From a virus, in IMG/VR virus record IMGVR_UViG_3300024581_002691, positions 1 to 38,015 of that record: DNA of 38,015 nt. One strand, written 5' to 3'. A program made the position numbers and the translations under genes. Shown here piece after piece: positions 18,858 to 27,270 of this stretch. How positions within the stretch are numbered: the first letter of the stretch is position 1; each line of letters starts with the position of its first letter. The notes below the pieces were generated by a model. The model was not told the origin of the DNA and searched no databases. It saw only the letters and a program-made list of their open reading frames with translations.

Positions 18858-19011
18858 TGATTATAAATTAGCGTTATTAAAGAAAAAAGAGAGGGAAATA
18901 GAGAATCTTAAAGAAGCAAACCGATTGTTAAAAAAAAGACTGATATTAAAGCTCAAGGAATACAACATTGATGTTAGCAATCTTGAGAATAATGGAGAAG
19001 ACAACAAATGA
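18841..19011 (+). CDS. small coiled-coil protein (hypothetical)
   Basis: ATG 18841 is preceded by AAGGAG. Sequence MKVESDDYKLALLKKKEREIENLKEANRLLKKRL. Open from 18817. Confidence 0.45.
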   Translation: MKVESDDYKLALLKKKEREIENLKEANRLLKKRLILKLKEYNIDVSNLENNGEDNK

Positions 19012-19217
19012 ACAACACTATATTTTACGCATTGGGAAAGCGCCCACAACCGTTAAACAAAAAAGGAATAGAGCGAGAATTTGCCGATTTTGTAAAGAGA
19101 AATATGGAGGAGAACGTGGATAGACGAAAATTAGGCGGTGGTGTACTTTCAGATGCAGATATTGCTTTGTTGCAAAAAAAGGCGTTATCTAGACAAGCAG
19201 GTCATCTTAACTTCTAG
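19008..19217 (+). CDS. 69-aa protein carrying peptide segments identical to capsid (FADFVKRN) and ejection-type protein (LGGGVLSDADIALLQ) segments
   Basis: ATGA coupling to the upstream ORF. Differences from the two donor genes are almost all synonymous third-position changes. Confidence 0.55.
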   Translation: MNNTIFYALGKRPQPLNKKGIEREFADFVKRNMEENVDRRKLGGGVLSDADIALLQKKALSRQAGHLNF

Positions 19218-19331
19218 ATCAATAGAGCGATCTGAACGCTTAAACTGCAAGATACACTCACCATCTTTCGCGAGAGTGTCTTTTATTTCTAGTCGCTTGT
19301 CGTTCAAGTCTTTAGATGTGTATGTTTTCAT
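19185..19331 (-). CDS. 48-aa hypothetical protein (weak Phd/YefM-like N-terminal pattern)
   Basis: ATG 19331 overlaps the stop of the upstream gene (ATGA). Sequence MKTYTSKDLNDKRLEIKDTLAKDGECILQFKR. The 3' end overlaps the convergent ORF 19008..19217 by 33 nt. Confidence 0.4.
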   Translation of the reverse strand: MKTYTSKDLNDKRLEIKDTLAKDGECILQFKRSDRSIDLEVKMTCLSR

Positions 19332-19651
19332 GCTGATCTCTTTTGGACGCCAAGATAATCCCTTATAGACTCCCAGATTTGACACTCTTCATCGCCTGCC
19401 TCATCATCTACGATCACCCAGACATCATTCATTTCAACCCCAGCTTGGGTGTGTATCTGTTTGTATTTATCGATCAATTCTTTATCGTCAAATTGACCGC
19501 TTTGAAGAAATACGCTGCTGTACCGTTTTTCACCTAGGAACTTTCCGTCTATTCTTATAGAAGATCTTTCACTTGTCTTTGATATTCTGTAGCTTGCTTT
19601 GTCGTTACCGAATATTAAGTCGGTCTTTAACAATCTTAGAAGATGTTTCAT
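19328..19651 (-). CDS. 107-aa hypothetical protein translationally coupled to portal
   Basis: ATGA overlap with the portal stop at 19648..19651. No recognisable motif. Confidence 0.5.
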   Translation of the reverse strand: MKHLLRLLKTDLIFGNDKASYRISKTSERSSIRIDGKFLGEKRYSSVFLQSGQFDDKELIDKYKQIHTQAGVEMNDVWVIVDDEAGDEECQIWESIRDYLGVQKRSA

Positions 19652-21834
19652 GTGCTTATCTTTTCCTGCTGCTCAACAACCATATCGGCCTGCTGCTTAT
19701 AAGCTTCGGTATTCGATGGCCCAACGATAGCATCAACACCCATCGCATCACGTAGCTTGTTTAATGTATCAGCTTGCATGTTAAGCACTTCGTAAACCTG
19801 AGCTTGTCCCTGCAATGTAGCTTCAAGCGCTTTCTGCTGCTGCTCTGATTGCTGTGCTTGCTGCTTCATGAATAGCATAAGCTCTTCCATTTGCAGCTTC
19901 TCTGCCTGGTTCTGTGCTGCTAATAAGTCTTTCTGTTCCTTTATGCGCAACTCTTCTTGCTTGAGAACTGCTCTAGCTTGTACGTCTGCTGTCTCTGCTT
20001 GTACGCGCGAAAGCTCAGCTTCTGCAATCTTATCCTCAGGCGTCGGCTCTGGCGGTTGTTGTTGAGCAAGCGCTTGTGCTTCTTGAATCTCTTCTCTCTC
20101 TTCATCGGTTAACTGATTCTCTGGAATCATGCCATTTTTAAGCATTTGTCTACGTATACGCTCGGCAACAACATCTACACCAGGCGCTGAAATATTCTTG
20201 AGCACGATATCAGCAGACATTTCACCAACACCTGGAACATTCTGCGCCAACGCTTGTATAGCTTGTACTGATTCGTCTTGTCGATTCTTGAAAGCTTCAC
20301 CCGCTTTACACGTTACATCATATATACCTTGAGACAAGTCGTTCAACACCACTTCTTGCTTGGTATCGAAATCATACACAGTCTTATTAATGTCTATCAT
20401 TTCATAAGAACCATCCTCATTGATAATACGCTTTTGTGCTGTGTAATCCAACAAATTTGGCATTGACTGTACTAGTAGTTTTCCAGTTGCGTTGATAGCT
20501 ATTTCAAGCGGGGTGAAATACTTAATCGTTCCTGTGTCTGCCCGTGCGTTAAGCGCATTGATAGCGACACCTGATAATTGTTGATCAATATCACCATTTT
20601 GCAGTGGAGCACGTACCGAAGTAGCTTGTATATCTTCGATGCAGTTTTGTACTAATTGCTGTATGCCAGGGCTGACCGTAGGCCCTCCAGTCCGGACTGG
20701 AGGGCCAGGAACAGCGGGATCATTATCATATAGATAGAGTCTTTGCGCACTAACAGACATTCTTAACGCTGCGTCAAGCTTTGCTCCTTTTAGCTGCTCG
20801 TTAGTAGCCCAAAAGATATCAGGCGGTGATAGAGCTACGTCTCCAGTTTCCCTAGACCTACCATAGTTATAAACTCTCTGAGGGTCCATTAACTTCTCTA
20901 TAGCGCCGTGATAAATAATCTTACCTTCACGGACTTTAAAGTTAGCGTAAACCGGGATGACCGGCAGCCCTCTAAATACCGTCTCTTCTTCTGAGTCTCC
21001 TAGAAATCCGCCGCCGTCGAACATACGACTATATACTTTAAAGCTTTCCTTCTTTCGCTCTTGTTTAACCGTAATCCCTTGTTCAGCTAGCTCATCGACT
21101 ACTTGTTCAAACTTCTCATCACGCTCATATACTGAGCCATCAGTCATTTGTACTAACTGCTTAATATACGGTTTCTTATAGATAAAACGGCCAACAGTTA
21201 CATATTCGGGTTTATGCTCGTAATAATCCCAACTTCGATCATCATCAACAGATTGCCTAGAGCCATTGGGGAATCTAGACTCATACTCATCCGTCGTTAT
21301 CTTATCGAGTATGAACACAAATCGAGCGTCACTCATGTCCTGCTGCAATGCGCCCTGATCAAACCACACTCTATTTTCGTAATCAGTAATCCACTTGATG
21401 ATGAAGTCTTGTTCAAACGAATCACCATCAACATAATCTACGACAACCTCCCAGCCAGCTAAACCTGCTGCTACGCACTCCCTTCCCGCTGAGGCGTATA
21501 CATATTCAGCGTTACTTATATTCTCGATATTGCGTATCAATCCTTCATAAGTTCGTGCTATTTCTTTCGTCGCATCCCCACCAGCGGGCTTAACTTGTAT
21601 GCCGAAATCCGCACCATCAATTTCACCGGCTATGCCGTCCACAACTGGCGTGCATTTATCAAATGTATAACGCGGCCTTCCCTCCATCCTTCTGATGATT
21701 TCTGGCTCCCACTGCCCATCTTTCTGATCGATAAACGCATGAGCCTCGCGCACTTTCTGACGCTGATCGCTCTCATTATCTTGAGCTTTTTGTAGCTGAT
21801 CTTTAACTTGAAATATATCGCTATAATCAATCAT
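19648..21834 (-). CDS. portal protein (P22-like, with long C-terminal helical barrel region)
   Basis: 728 aa immediately after the large terminase. N-terminal DGQWEPEIIRRMEGRPRYTFDKC matches portal family motifs. The C-terminal ~150 aa are Gln/Glu/Ala-rich coiled coil. Confidence 0.85.
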   Translation of the reverse strand: MIDYSDIFQVKDQLQKAQDNESDQRQKVREAHAFIDQKDGQWEPEIIRRMEGRPRYTFDKCTPVVDGIAGEIDGADFGIQVKPAGGDATKEIARTYEGLIRNIENISNAEYVYASAGRECVAAGLAGWEVVVDYVDGDSFEQDFIIKWITDYENRVWFDQGALQQDMSDARFVFILDKITTDEYESRFPNGSRQSVDDDRSWDYYEHKPEYVTVGRFIYKKPYIKQLVQMTDGSVYERDEKFEQVVDELAEQGITVKQERKKESFKVYSRMFDGGGFLGDSEEETVFRGLPVIPVYANFKVREGKIIYHGAIEKLMDPQRVYNYGRSRETGDVALSPPDIFWATNEQLKGAKLDAALRMSVSAQRLYLYDNDPAVPGPPVRTGGPTVSPGIQQLVQNCIEDIQATSVRAPLQNGDIDQQLSGVAINALNARADTGTIKYFTPLEIAINATGKLLVQSMPNLLDYTAQKRIINEDGSYEMIDINKTVYDFDTKQEVVLNDLSQGIYDVTCKAGEAFKNRQDESVQAIQALAQNVPGVGEMSADIVLKNISAPGVDVVAERIRRQMLKNGMIPENQLTDEEREEIQEAQALAQQQPPEPTPEDKIAEAELSRVQAETADVQARAVLKQEELRIKEQKDLLAAQNQAEKLQMEELMLFMKQQAQQSEQQQKALEATLQGQAQVYEVLNMQADTLNKLRDAMGVDAIVGPSNTEAYKQQADMVVEQQEKIST

Positions 21835-21838
21835 GTTG

Positions 21839-23365
21839 TTACCACAATGACTTGTAGTTTAATTCGTAATCGTCTTTATCTAAGCTGACCGGCTCAGCAT
21901 GCGTAATTGCTAAAGCATCACCCTCATCTGGCGAGAAACCGTACAGCTCTTTTATCTTCTCTTTTCTGTGCAAACAAATTCTATCGTGACTGTCTCTACT
22001 ATACGGAGAAGCGGATAAATCAGCGTGCAGCGTGTCGGAGTCTGGTATTTCGACATCCAAGTTTTCATCAGATAACCAAGCATTAAGCTCTCCCCACATT
22101 TCTGCGCGTTTATTCTTATATTTTTCATCATTAAGCGGACTTGAACCGAACGCTATAGCCTTTACTCTGTCTTCATATCCTAGCTCATGCAGTCTATCTA
22201 CTATCTCAGAGCCACCGCCAGCATCGATGAACATCATATCCGGCTTTTTCTTAGCGACCGGACATACTTCATCTAATACAGCTTTACATTTAGAAACCGC
22301 TTTACCCAACTTATCAACATCTGCACCAACCCAACTTCTAAGATCATACGCTTTTCGCCCACATCGCTTAATCATACTGAATCTATCACCGCCTCGCGAT
22401 GGATCGACTCCGACTATCAACGGGCCTGACGTGCTGACTTTCTTATGCCTAGCTTTAAGTATAACCTCAGGCTTTATGAGTCCATCCTCACCAGTAACTT
22501 GGAAAGCTTCAACAGGATTACACGGGTATTCTTGCTTAAACGCTTTTTCCCCATCCATCCCACCCGAAGCCAACTCGACAATCTTCTTCCTGCGCCAATA
22601 TATTTGCTGATATGTTAAGTTGTATTGGCTTCTTAGTTCTTCTTCGTCTTTGCTTATAACAAAATCGTCAGGTATCTTTCTAGCGTATTCGTCTTGCCAA
22701 AACCATGGAACGAAAATAGGTATGAAATCACTCTCTCCATGCTCTGCTGCTTTCCACTGCTCGTGAAAGAAGTTACCTATTCCATTAGCTGTTGATTCGT
22801 AGATTATCTCCGTGCCTGGGGAATTTGGGACAGTTTGCAGTATTCCTTTTGCATGCTCTGCCGCGTTGGGCCAAAACGCTACCTCTGAACCATGGAAAAA
22901 TTGGTTCGTCTGTGATCGACCGACCGACTTGTTGCCCGCTGTACCTATTTTATAACCGCTGTCTAGCTGATCAAATACAAGCTCTTTTGAGTTACTAGCA
23001 GAGATTGATGGCTTAACAGGCTCTGGCAAATTATCATAATAACGCTTTGCCATTTCGAACAGATTTTGAGACGCTGTATCTTCGTGCGTTAATATAAAAG
23101 CTCTAACACCGACGTTGTGCGACACTTTCCAGATGAAGCGAGCTTCGACATAAGTCGAGCATCCCTGTTGACGTCCCTTCAGTATTATCGCTCTAACATA
23201 ACCTTGGCTTTTATATTGCTCTTCTAACCTGTCGTGTATGTATTTTTGCGCTTGATTAAACTGTAGGTTTTGCTGCTTTTCTTTGCCGCGAATGACTAAG
23301 CATTTCTTAGCATAGAACTCCATGTCATTTTTTAATTTAAGTCTTAGTGCTGACTCATTCATCAT
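21839..23365 (-). CDS. terL: terminase large subunit
   Basis: Walker A-like LKGRQQGCST. Nuclease-domain motifs VGVDPSRGGDRFS and MFIDAGGGSEIVDRL. Size and position upstream of portal fit. Confidence 0.85.
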   Translation of the reverse strand: MMNESALRLKLKNDMEFYAKKCLVIRGKEKQQNLQFNQAQKYIHDRLEEQYKSQGYVRAIILKGRQQGCSTYVEARFIWKVSHNVGVRAFILTHEDTASQNLFEMAKRYYDNLPEPVKPSISASNSKELVFDQLDSGYKIGTAGNKSVGRSQTNQFFHGSEVAFWPNAAEHAKGILQTVPNSPGTEIIYESTANGIGNFFHEQWKAAEHGESDFIPIFVPWFWQDEYARKIPDDFVISKDEEELRSQYNLTYQQIYWRRKKIVELASGGMDGEKAFKQEYPCNPVEAFQVTGEDGLIKPEVILKARHKKVSTSGPLIVGVDPSRGGDRFSMIKRCGRKAYDLRSWVGADVDKLGKAVSKCKAVLDEVCPVAKKKPDMMFIDAGGGSEIVDRLHELGYEDRVKAIAFGSSPLNDEKYKNKRAEMWGELNAWLSDENLDVEIPDSDTLHADLSASPYSRDSHDRICLHRKEKIKELYGFSPDEGDALAITHAEPVSLDKDDYELNYKSLW

Positions 23366-23645
23366 CTGATGCTAAAATCTTTAACCAATCTTCGTGTGGC
23401 TTGTGCAATATATCCGCTTGCATCTCAACCGCTTTAAGGTCAGGTAAGTACTTAGCTAGCAGCTTTAGCTTTGTATCTATTACAATTTTATACCTATTGA
23501 CCATTTCCTGTTCTATCTTTAAATCTTCGTCGCCGATTTTTCCAACAATATCATTAATATGTTGCAAATGACCCTGGCTACTTAGCAACTCCCTCAGTGT
23601 CTCTTGTCTTGCTGCTCTTATTTTAGTGTTTCTTGTACCTGGCAT
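23355..23645 (-). CDS. terS: terminase small subunit (putative)
   Basis: 96 aa, overlaps terL by 11 nt. ARQETLRELLSSQGHLQHINDIV...KLKLLAKYLPDLKAVE resembles small terminases I recall from related podoviruses. Confidence 0.55.
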   Translation of the reverse strand: MPGTRNTKIRAARQETLRELLSSQGHLQHINDIVGKIGDEDLKIEQEMVNRYKIVIDTKLKLLAKYLPDLKAVEMQADILHKPHEDWLKILASDDE

Positions 23646-23698
23646 TACTTGCCTCTACCTTTTTTCTTCTTCTTTTTATATCCAGTACTGCACGGCAT
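23645..23698 (-). CDS. 17-aa poly-lysine micro-ORF (MPCSTGYKKKKKKGRGK) coupled to terS
   Basis: AGGAG SD 8 nt upstream of the ATG. The stop overlaps the terS start (TAATG). Confidence 0.35.
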   Translation of the reverse strand: MPCSTGYKKKKKKGRGK

Positions 23699-23709
23699 GA
23701 TAGTTTCTC

Positions 23710-23988
23710 CTATCTGTTAATACCAATGGTTACGTTAACGTCTGTTGCGCCAACGGCTGTGATCACAACATCCACATTTGCTTCGATGTCACGTGAGTAT
23801 GGTAAAGATGTCACTGACCCCTCTTCGAATGTTCTTGTTGTTCCTTCGTCGTCGACGTAACCCACATCTAATGATGTTCCAACACTGGCCCCATCGATCA
23901 AGATGTTTCTTAGTCTTGCATTGGCTCTTAGATCTCCCCAATTTGGGGTATCTTTATTATACTCCCCTGGTGTATTAATGCTTGGCAT
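23710..23988 (-). CDS. hypothetical beta-rich protein
   Basis: 92-aa ORF between the large LamG protein and terS. Confidence 0.5.
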   Translation of the reverse strand: MPSINTPGEYNKDTPNWGDLRANARLRNILIDGASVGTSLDVGYVDDEGTTRTFEEGSVTSLPYSRDIEANVDVVITAVGATDVNVTIGINR

Positions 23989-23992
23989 ATTT

Positions 23993-26890
23993 TTAACCCC
24001 TAACTGTCTTTCTGATTGTTGTTCTCATTGTCATTCTTATTGTTTTACGTGTCGAATCGTCTGGCGGTGCTGAAGCATTTTTAATAACGGCAAATGTAGT
24101 GTCACCATCTTCGTCAACATTTGCAGATACCTCTATAGATCTTAACAAGACCCCGACTAGGTCATCACCTTCCTCATTGACATTGGCAGACAACTGAGAA
24201 GGCGAGCTTATTATTGCTGATTGCACATCTCCGGCTTCATTAACGAGCGCATTCAGAAAGGATATGTTACCGATAGCAGCTAGAGTGGCATCCCCTTCCT
24301 CCATAATATTAGCATCTAATACTACAGTAGTTTCTAGAGACGCGGACAACAAATCCCCTTCTTCTGTTTGATTTGCTGACAAAATAGAGGCGTTACCAAT
24401 GACGGCAAACGTGGTGTCGCCTTCCTCGTTGACATTTGCTGCTATCTTGACTGGAGTAATGATTGTAGCAAGTACTGCATCACCCTCCTCGTTGATACTA
24501 GCAGAGACCGAAGCAGGAACGGATATAGTTGAATTAGTTAGATCACCCTCTTCAATGATGTTAGCGGTAAGCACAGATGGCACTTGTATGCTTGCGACTA
24601 GGCCATCACCTTCTTCCACCAAGTTTGCGGATATAACAGCACCAGAGTCTACGACGGGAGGTTCTGTACTGTATGGGTGAGTTGCCGGTAACTTACCTTG
24701 AGCTCCCCATTTCCACGCTAGATACCCAGTGAGTTGATCTAACAAATCCTGAGAAACGAGGGAGTTTATTAATATAATTTCCCCTAGAGATCCGTTGTGT
24801 AAAACACCGGCCGTACTTGTTGCGCACAGGTCAGTGTAGGAAAGAGTAGGGGCTGCCGCTGCGACATTAGACCCTGTGGCACCGTCGATATCAACTCTTA
24901 TATTTGATGCGTCTCTAACAGTAGCAGCGACAATATCTCCTGTTAACGTATTCGAGCCGTGCGACTCGAACCCTGACTCCGTTTTGGTATAAATAACATT
25001 ATCCGTTTCCCACCATAATGAGTACCTAGCATCACCGACTGCTTCGTTACCCATCATTATCGATCTAATGCCCGTCGTTGCACGGTTAAATATGCTTATG
25101 ACGGTCATATCATTAGTAAGAGTAATACTTGAAGTAAGATTAAAATAATCATTACTACCGTCAAAATCTAACGCGTTCCTAGACTGTATCGTCACTGAGT
25201 TGGTGAGTGGCTGACTAGATCCTGTCGTTTGAGTTGCATCGTTATTATTACCTGACTTATCATCCCACTGACTGACAAGACCTCCGGATTCTGTGATGGT
25301 TGCTGCATCATCTGCGTCAAACCACAAATCGGTGGTAGCTTCAGATGGGGTCCACGCATTATTAATAGGGGGGTATGCTTTATATCGATGATCTGCTGAC
25401 AATGATGACTGAGTGCCCCATTTCCATGCTAGATAACCCTCTACCATTTGCCTATCTGCATCCGACAGAACACTGTCGAATATCATGATCTCTGACATGT
25501 TACCGATAAACGGTAGCGTCCCACCACTGTTGAACCCGATATGTAACTCTAACGTTGAATTCGCAGTTGAAACAGAAAAAGCATAATTACCGTTGACACT
25601 ATCTGTGCCATTCGTATATCCAGCGTAATCGGGATTACGGGCGGTAGAGTTTTCAAAAGACAATATGATAGGTGATTGTGCGGGGAAAAGCCCATTAGCA
25701 GTTTCGTCGACGACTGGGGACTGTCCTGAGACACCTTTGGTTATGATTACTACGTATGCATCATTATCAGATTGCGACGCCCTATCATCGTAGCCTATTA
25801 GGAAACCTACATTAACACTAGAGCCATTATTATTATGTACCAAGTATGAAAAATTATTTAGATTAGCTACCGTAACTTCACATACCGCAAATATTGTTCC
25901 TCCGGTGCCATCATGAAGGTATTTAAATGCTGACTTAGACCCACTATCAAGCTTCAAGAGATCCGAATTAAACGCAATGGTGTTGAGTCCGTTCATCGTG
26001 TTTGATCCGGTTCCTGGCTGCAAAGATCCTACGGACTGAGAAACGTGGTTATTATTGCCGCTTTTATCATCCCATTGGCTGACAGCACCAGCAGACTCAG
26101 TAATAGTTGCTTCATCATCAGCATCCAGCCACAGGTCAGTTGATATTTGCGATGGCGTCCACAGGTCTATAGTAGGAGCTGATGCTTTGTATGGATGACC
26201 GCCAGGGAGATTAGCCTCTAGGCCCCATTTGTGAGCAAGATACCCCTCTACCTTTTGTCTAGAAGACTGTAGCATAACCCCATCAACGATTAGGGTTTCC
26301 CCAACATCTACACTAGAAGCAACCCCAAAAGATAGCATCCTTCCAATTGAAAAAGATGTGTTAATTGTTGCTATACCAGCTGTTGCATTGTTGACAACTT
26401 GGGTGCCATTTCTCCACACATTAAAGACACTGCCAGACCTTTCTATGGCTAATAGATCCTCATCAGCAACCGAAATATTAGCTATATTTGTGTAAGATCC
26501 GCCATATATCCTAACTATTGAGCTGTCTATTTGTAGATAAAACCTTGGCGCGGCGGTTGCGTTATCAGTTGTTATAATGGATGCATTAGTGACAGCAACT
26601 GAATTATATCTTACTAAAACGAAAACAGTTGAGTCTGTTGCAGGAACCACAGGAGAAAGTCTGATTAGGTTGTCGTTAACTCCATCAAAACTTAATGCAT
26701 TAACCCCGCCTATTGTCACCGAATCAGTTATCGGTTGATTTGCGGATGTTCCTTGGGATAAATCATTACCATTGCCGGACTTATCTTCCCATAAGCTGAC
26801 CGATCCCGAGACCTCAGTGATCGTGCTACTATCATCAGCATCAAGCCACAAATCAGTAGTTATATACTTAGGAGACCAGACGGCCATCAA
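23993..26890 (-). CDS. 965-aa protein with three LamG / concanavalin-like (Laminin_G_3-type) domains, nine 21-aa EEGD repeats and a basic RKTIRKTV tail
   Basis: W(S/T)P..I.TDLWLDADD...W.DKSGN.N...Q....QP recurs three times. Each copy ends in VEGYLA(H/W)KWG....LP..H.YK. Confidence 0.7.
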   Translation of the reverse strand: MMAVWSPKYITTDLWLDADDSSTITEVSGSVSLWEDKSGNGNDLSQGTSANQPITDSVTIGGVNALSFDGVNDNLIRLSPVVPATDSTVFVLVRYNSVAVTNASIITTDNATAAPRFYLQIDSSIVRIYGGSYTNIANISVADEDLLAIERSGSVFNVWRNGTQVVNNATAGIATINTSFSIGRMLSFGVASSVDVGETLIVDGVMLQSSRQKVEGYLAHKWGLEANLPGGHPYKASAPTIDLWTPSQISTDLWLDADDEATITESAGAVSQWDDKSGNNNHVSQSVGSLQPGTGSNTMNGLNTIAFNSDLLKLDSGSKSAFKYLHDGTGGTIFAVCEVTVANLNNFSYLVHNNNGSSVNVGFLIGYDDRASQSDNDAYVVIITKGVSGQSPVVDETANGLFPAQSPIILSFENSTARNPDYAGYTNGTDSVNGNYAFSVSTANSTLELHIGFNSGGTLPFIGNMSEIMIFDSVLSDADRQMVEGYLAWKWGTQSSLSADHRYKAYPPINNAWTPSEATTDLWFDADDAATITESGGLVSQWDDKSGNNNDATQTTGSSQPLTNSVTIQSRNALDFDGSNDYFNLTSSITLTNDMTVISIFNRATTGIRSIMMGNEAVGDARYSLWWETDNVIYTKTESGFESHGSNTLTGDIVAATVRDASNIRVDIDGATGSNVAAAAPTLSYTDLCATSTAGVLHNGSLGEIILINSLVSQDLLDQLTGYLAWKWGAQGKLPATHPYSTEPPVVDSGAVISANLVEEGDGLVASIQVPSVLTANIIEEGDLTNSTISVPASVSASINEEGDAVLATIITPVKIAANVNEEGDTTFAVIGNASILSANQTEEGDLLSASLETTVVLDANIMEEGDATLAAIGNISFLNALVNEAGDVQSAIISSPSQLSANVNEEGDDLVGVLLRSIEVSANVDEDGDTTFAVIKNASAPPDDSTRKTIRMTMRTTIRKTVRG
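24056..24622 (-). repeat. nine tandem 63-bp (21-aa) coding repeats, consensus (V/I)NEEGD....A.I......SAN
   Basis: Read from the translated protein, aa 757..945 of the 965-aa ORF. Confidence 0.8.
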
Positions 26891-27270
26891 TTACTCTCTA
26901 AATCTACGTCAGGGACCCAGGCATCACTATACTCAGCCGTTTTGCAGCTTACGCCTTTTTTCCAATCTTCAACGTCAGGTATTTCGGCAAAATACATCGC
27001 TGGATCATCGACACATTGCTTCGCCACGTCCCATCGTCGAGTATATCCGCCTAGGCGATTTATCTTGCCTCTCTTGTAACCAAGCAAAGGGATATCTTTG
27101 AGCTCATCATCGGTAGCCGAGTCTGCGACAATCTCTTCATCGCTGTCTTTAGGTCGGATAAAGAGCTTGCCGCCGTAGATCTTTGCTCGCTCTCGTAGCA
27201 TATTAGCGAATATTTTCTTGCAAGCTCTCTTAACTTTATTTTCGCTGTCGTGATAACAAAGCCTAGCCAT
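26887..27270 (-). CDS. hypothetical protein
   Basis: 127-aa ORF with a 4-nt overlap with the downstream gene. Confidence 0.5.
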   Translation of the reverse strand: MARLCYHDSENKVKRACKKIFANMLRERAKIYGGKLFIRPKDSDEEIVADSATDDELKDIPLLGYKRGKINRLGGYTRRWDVAKQCVDDPAMYFAEIPDVEDWKKGVSCKTAEYSDAWVPDVDLESN

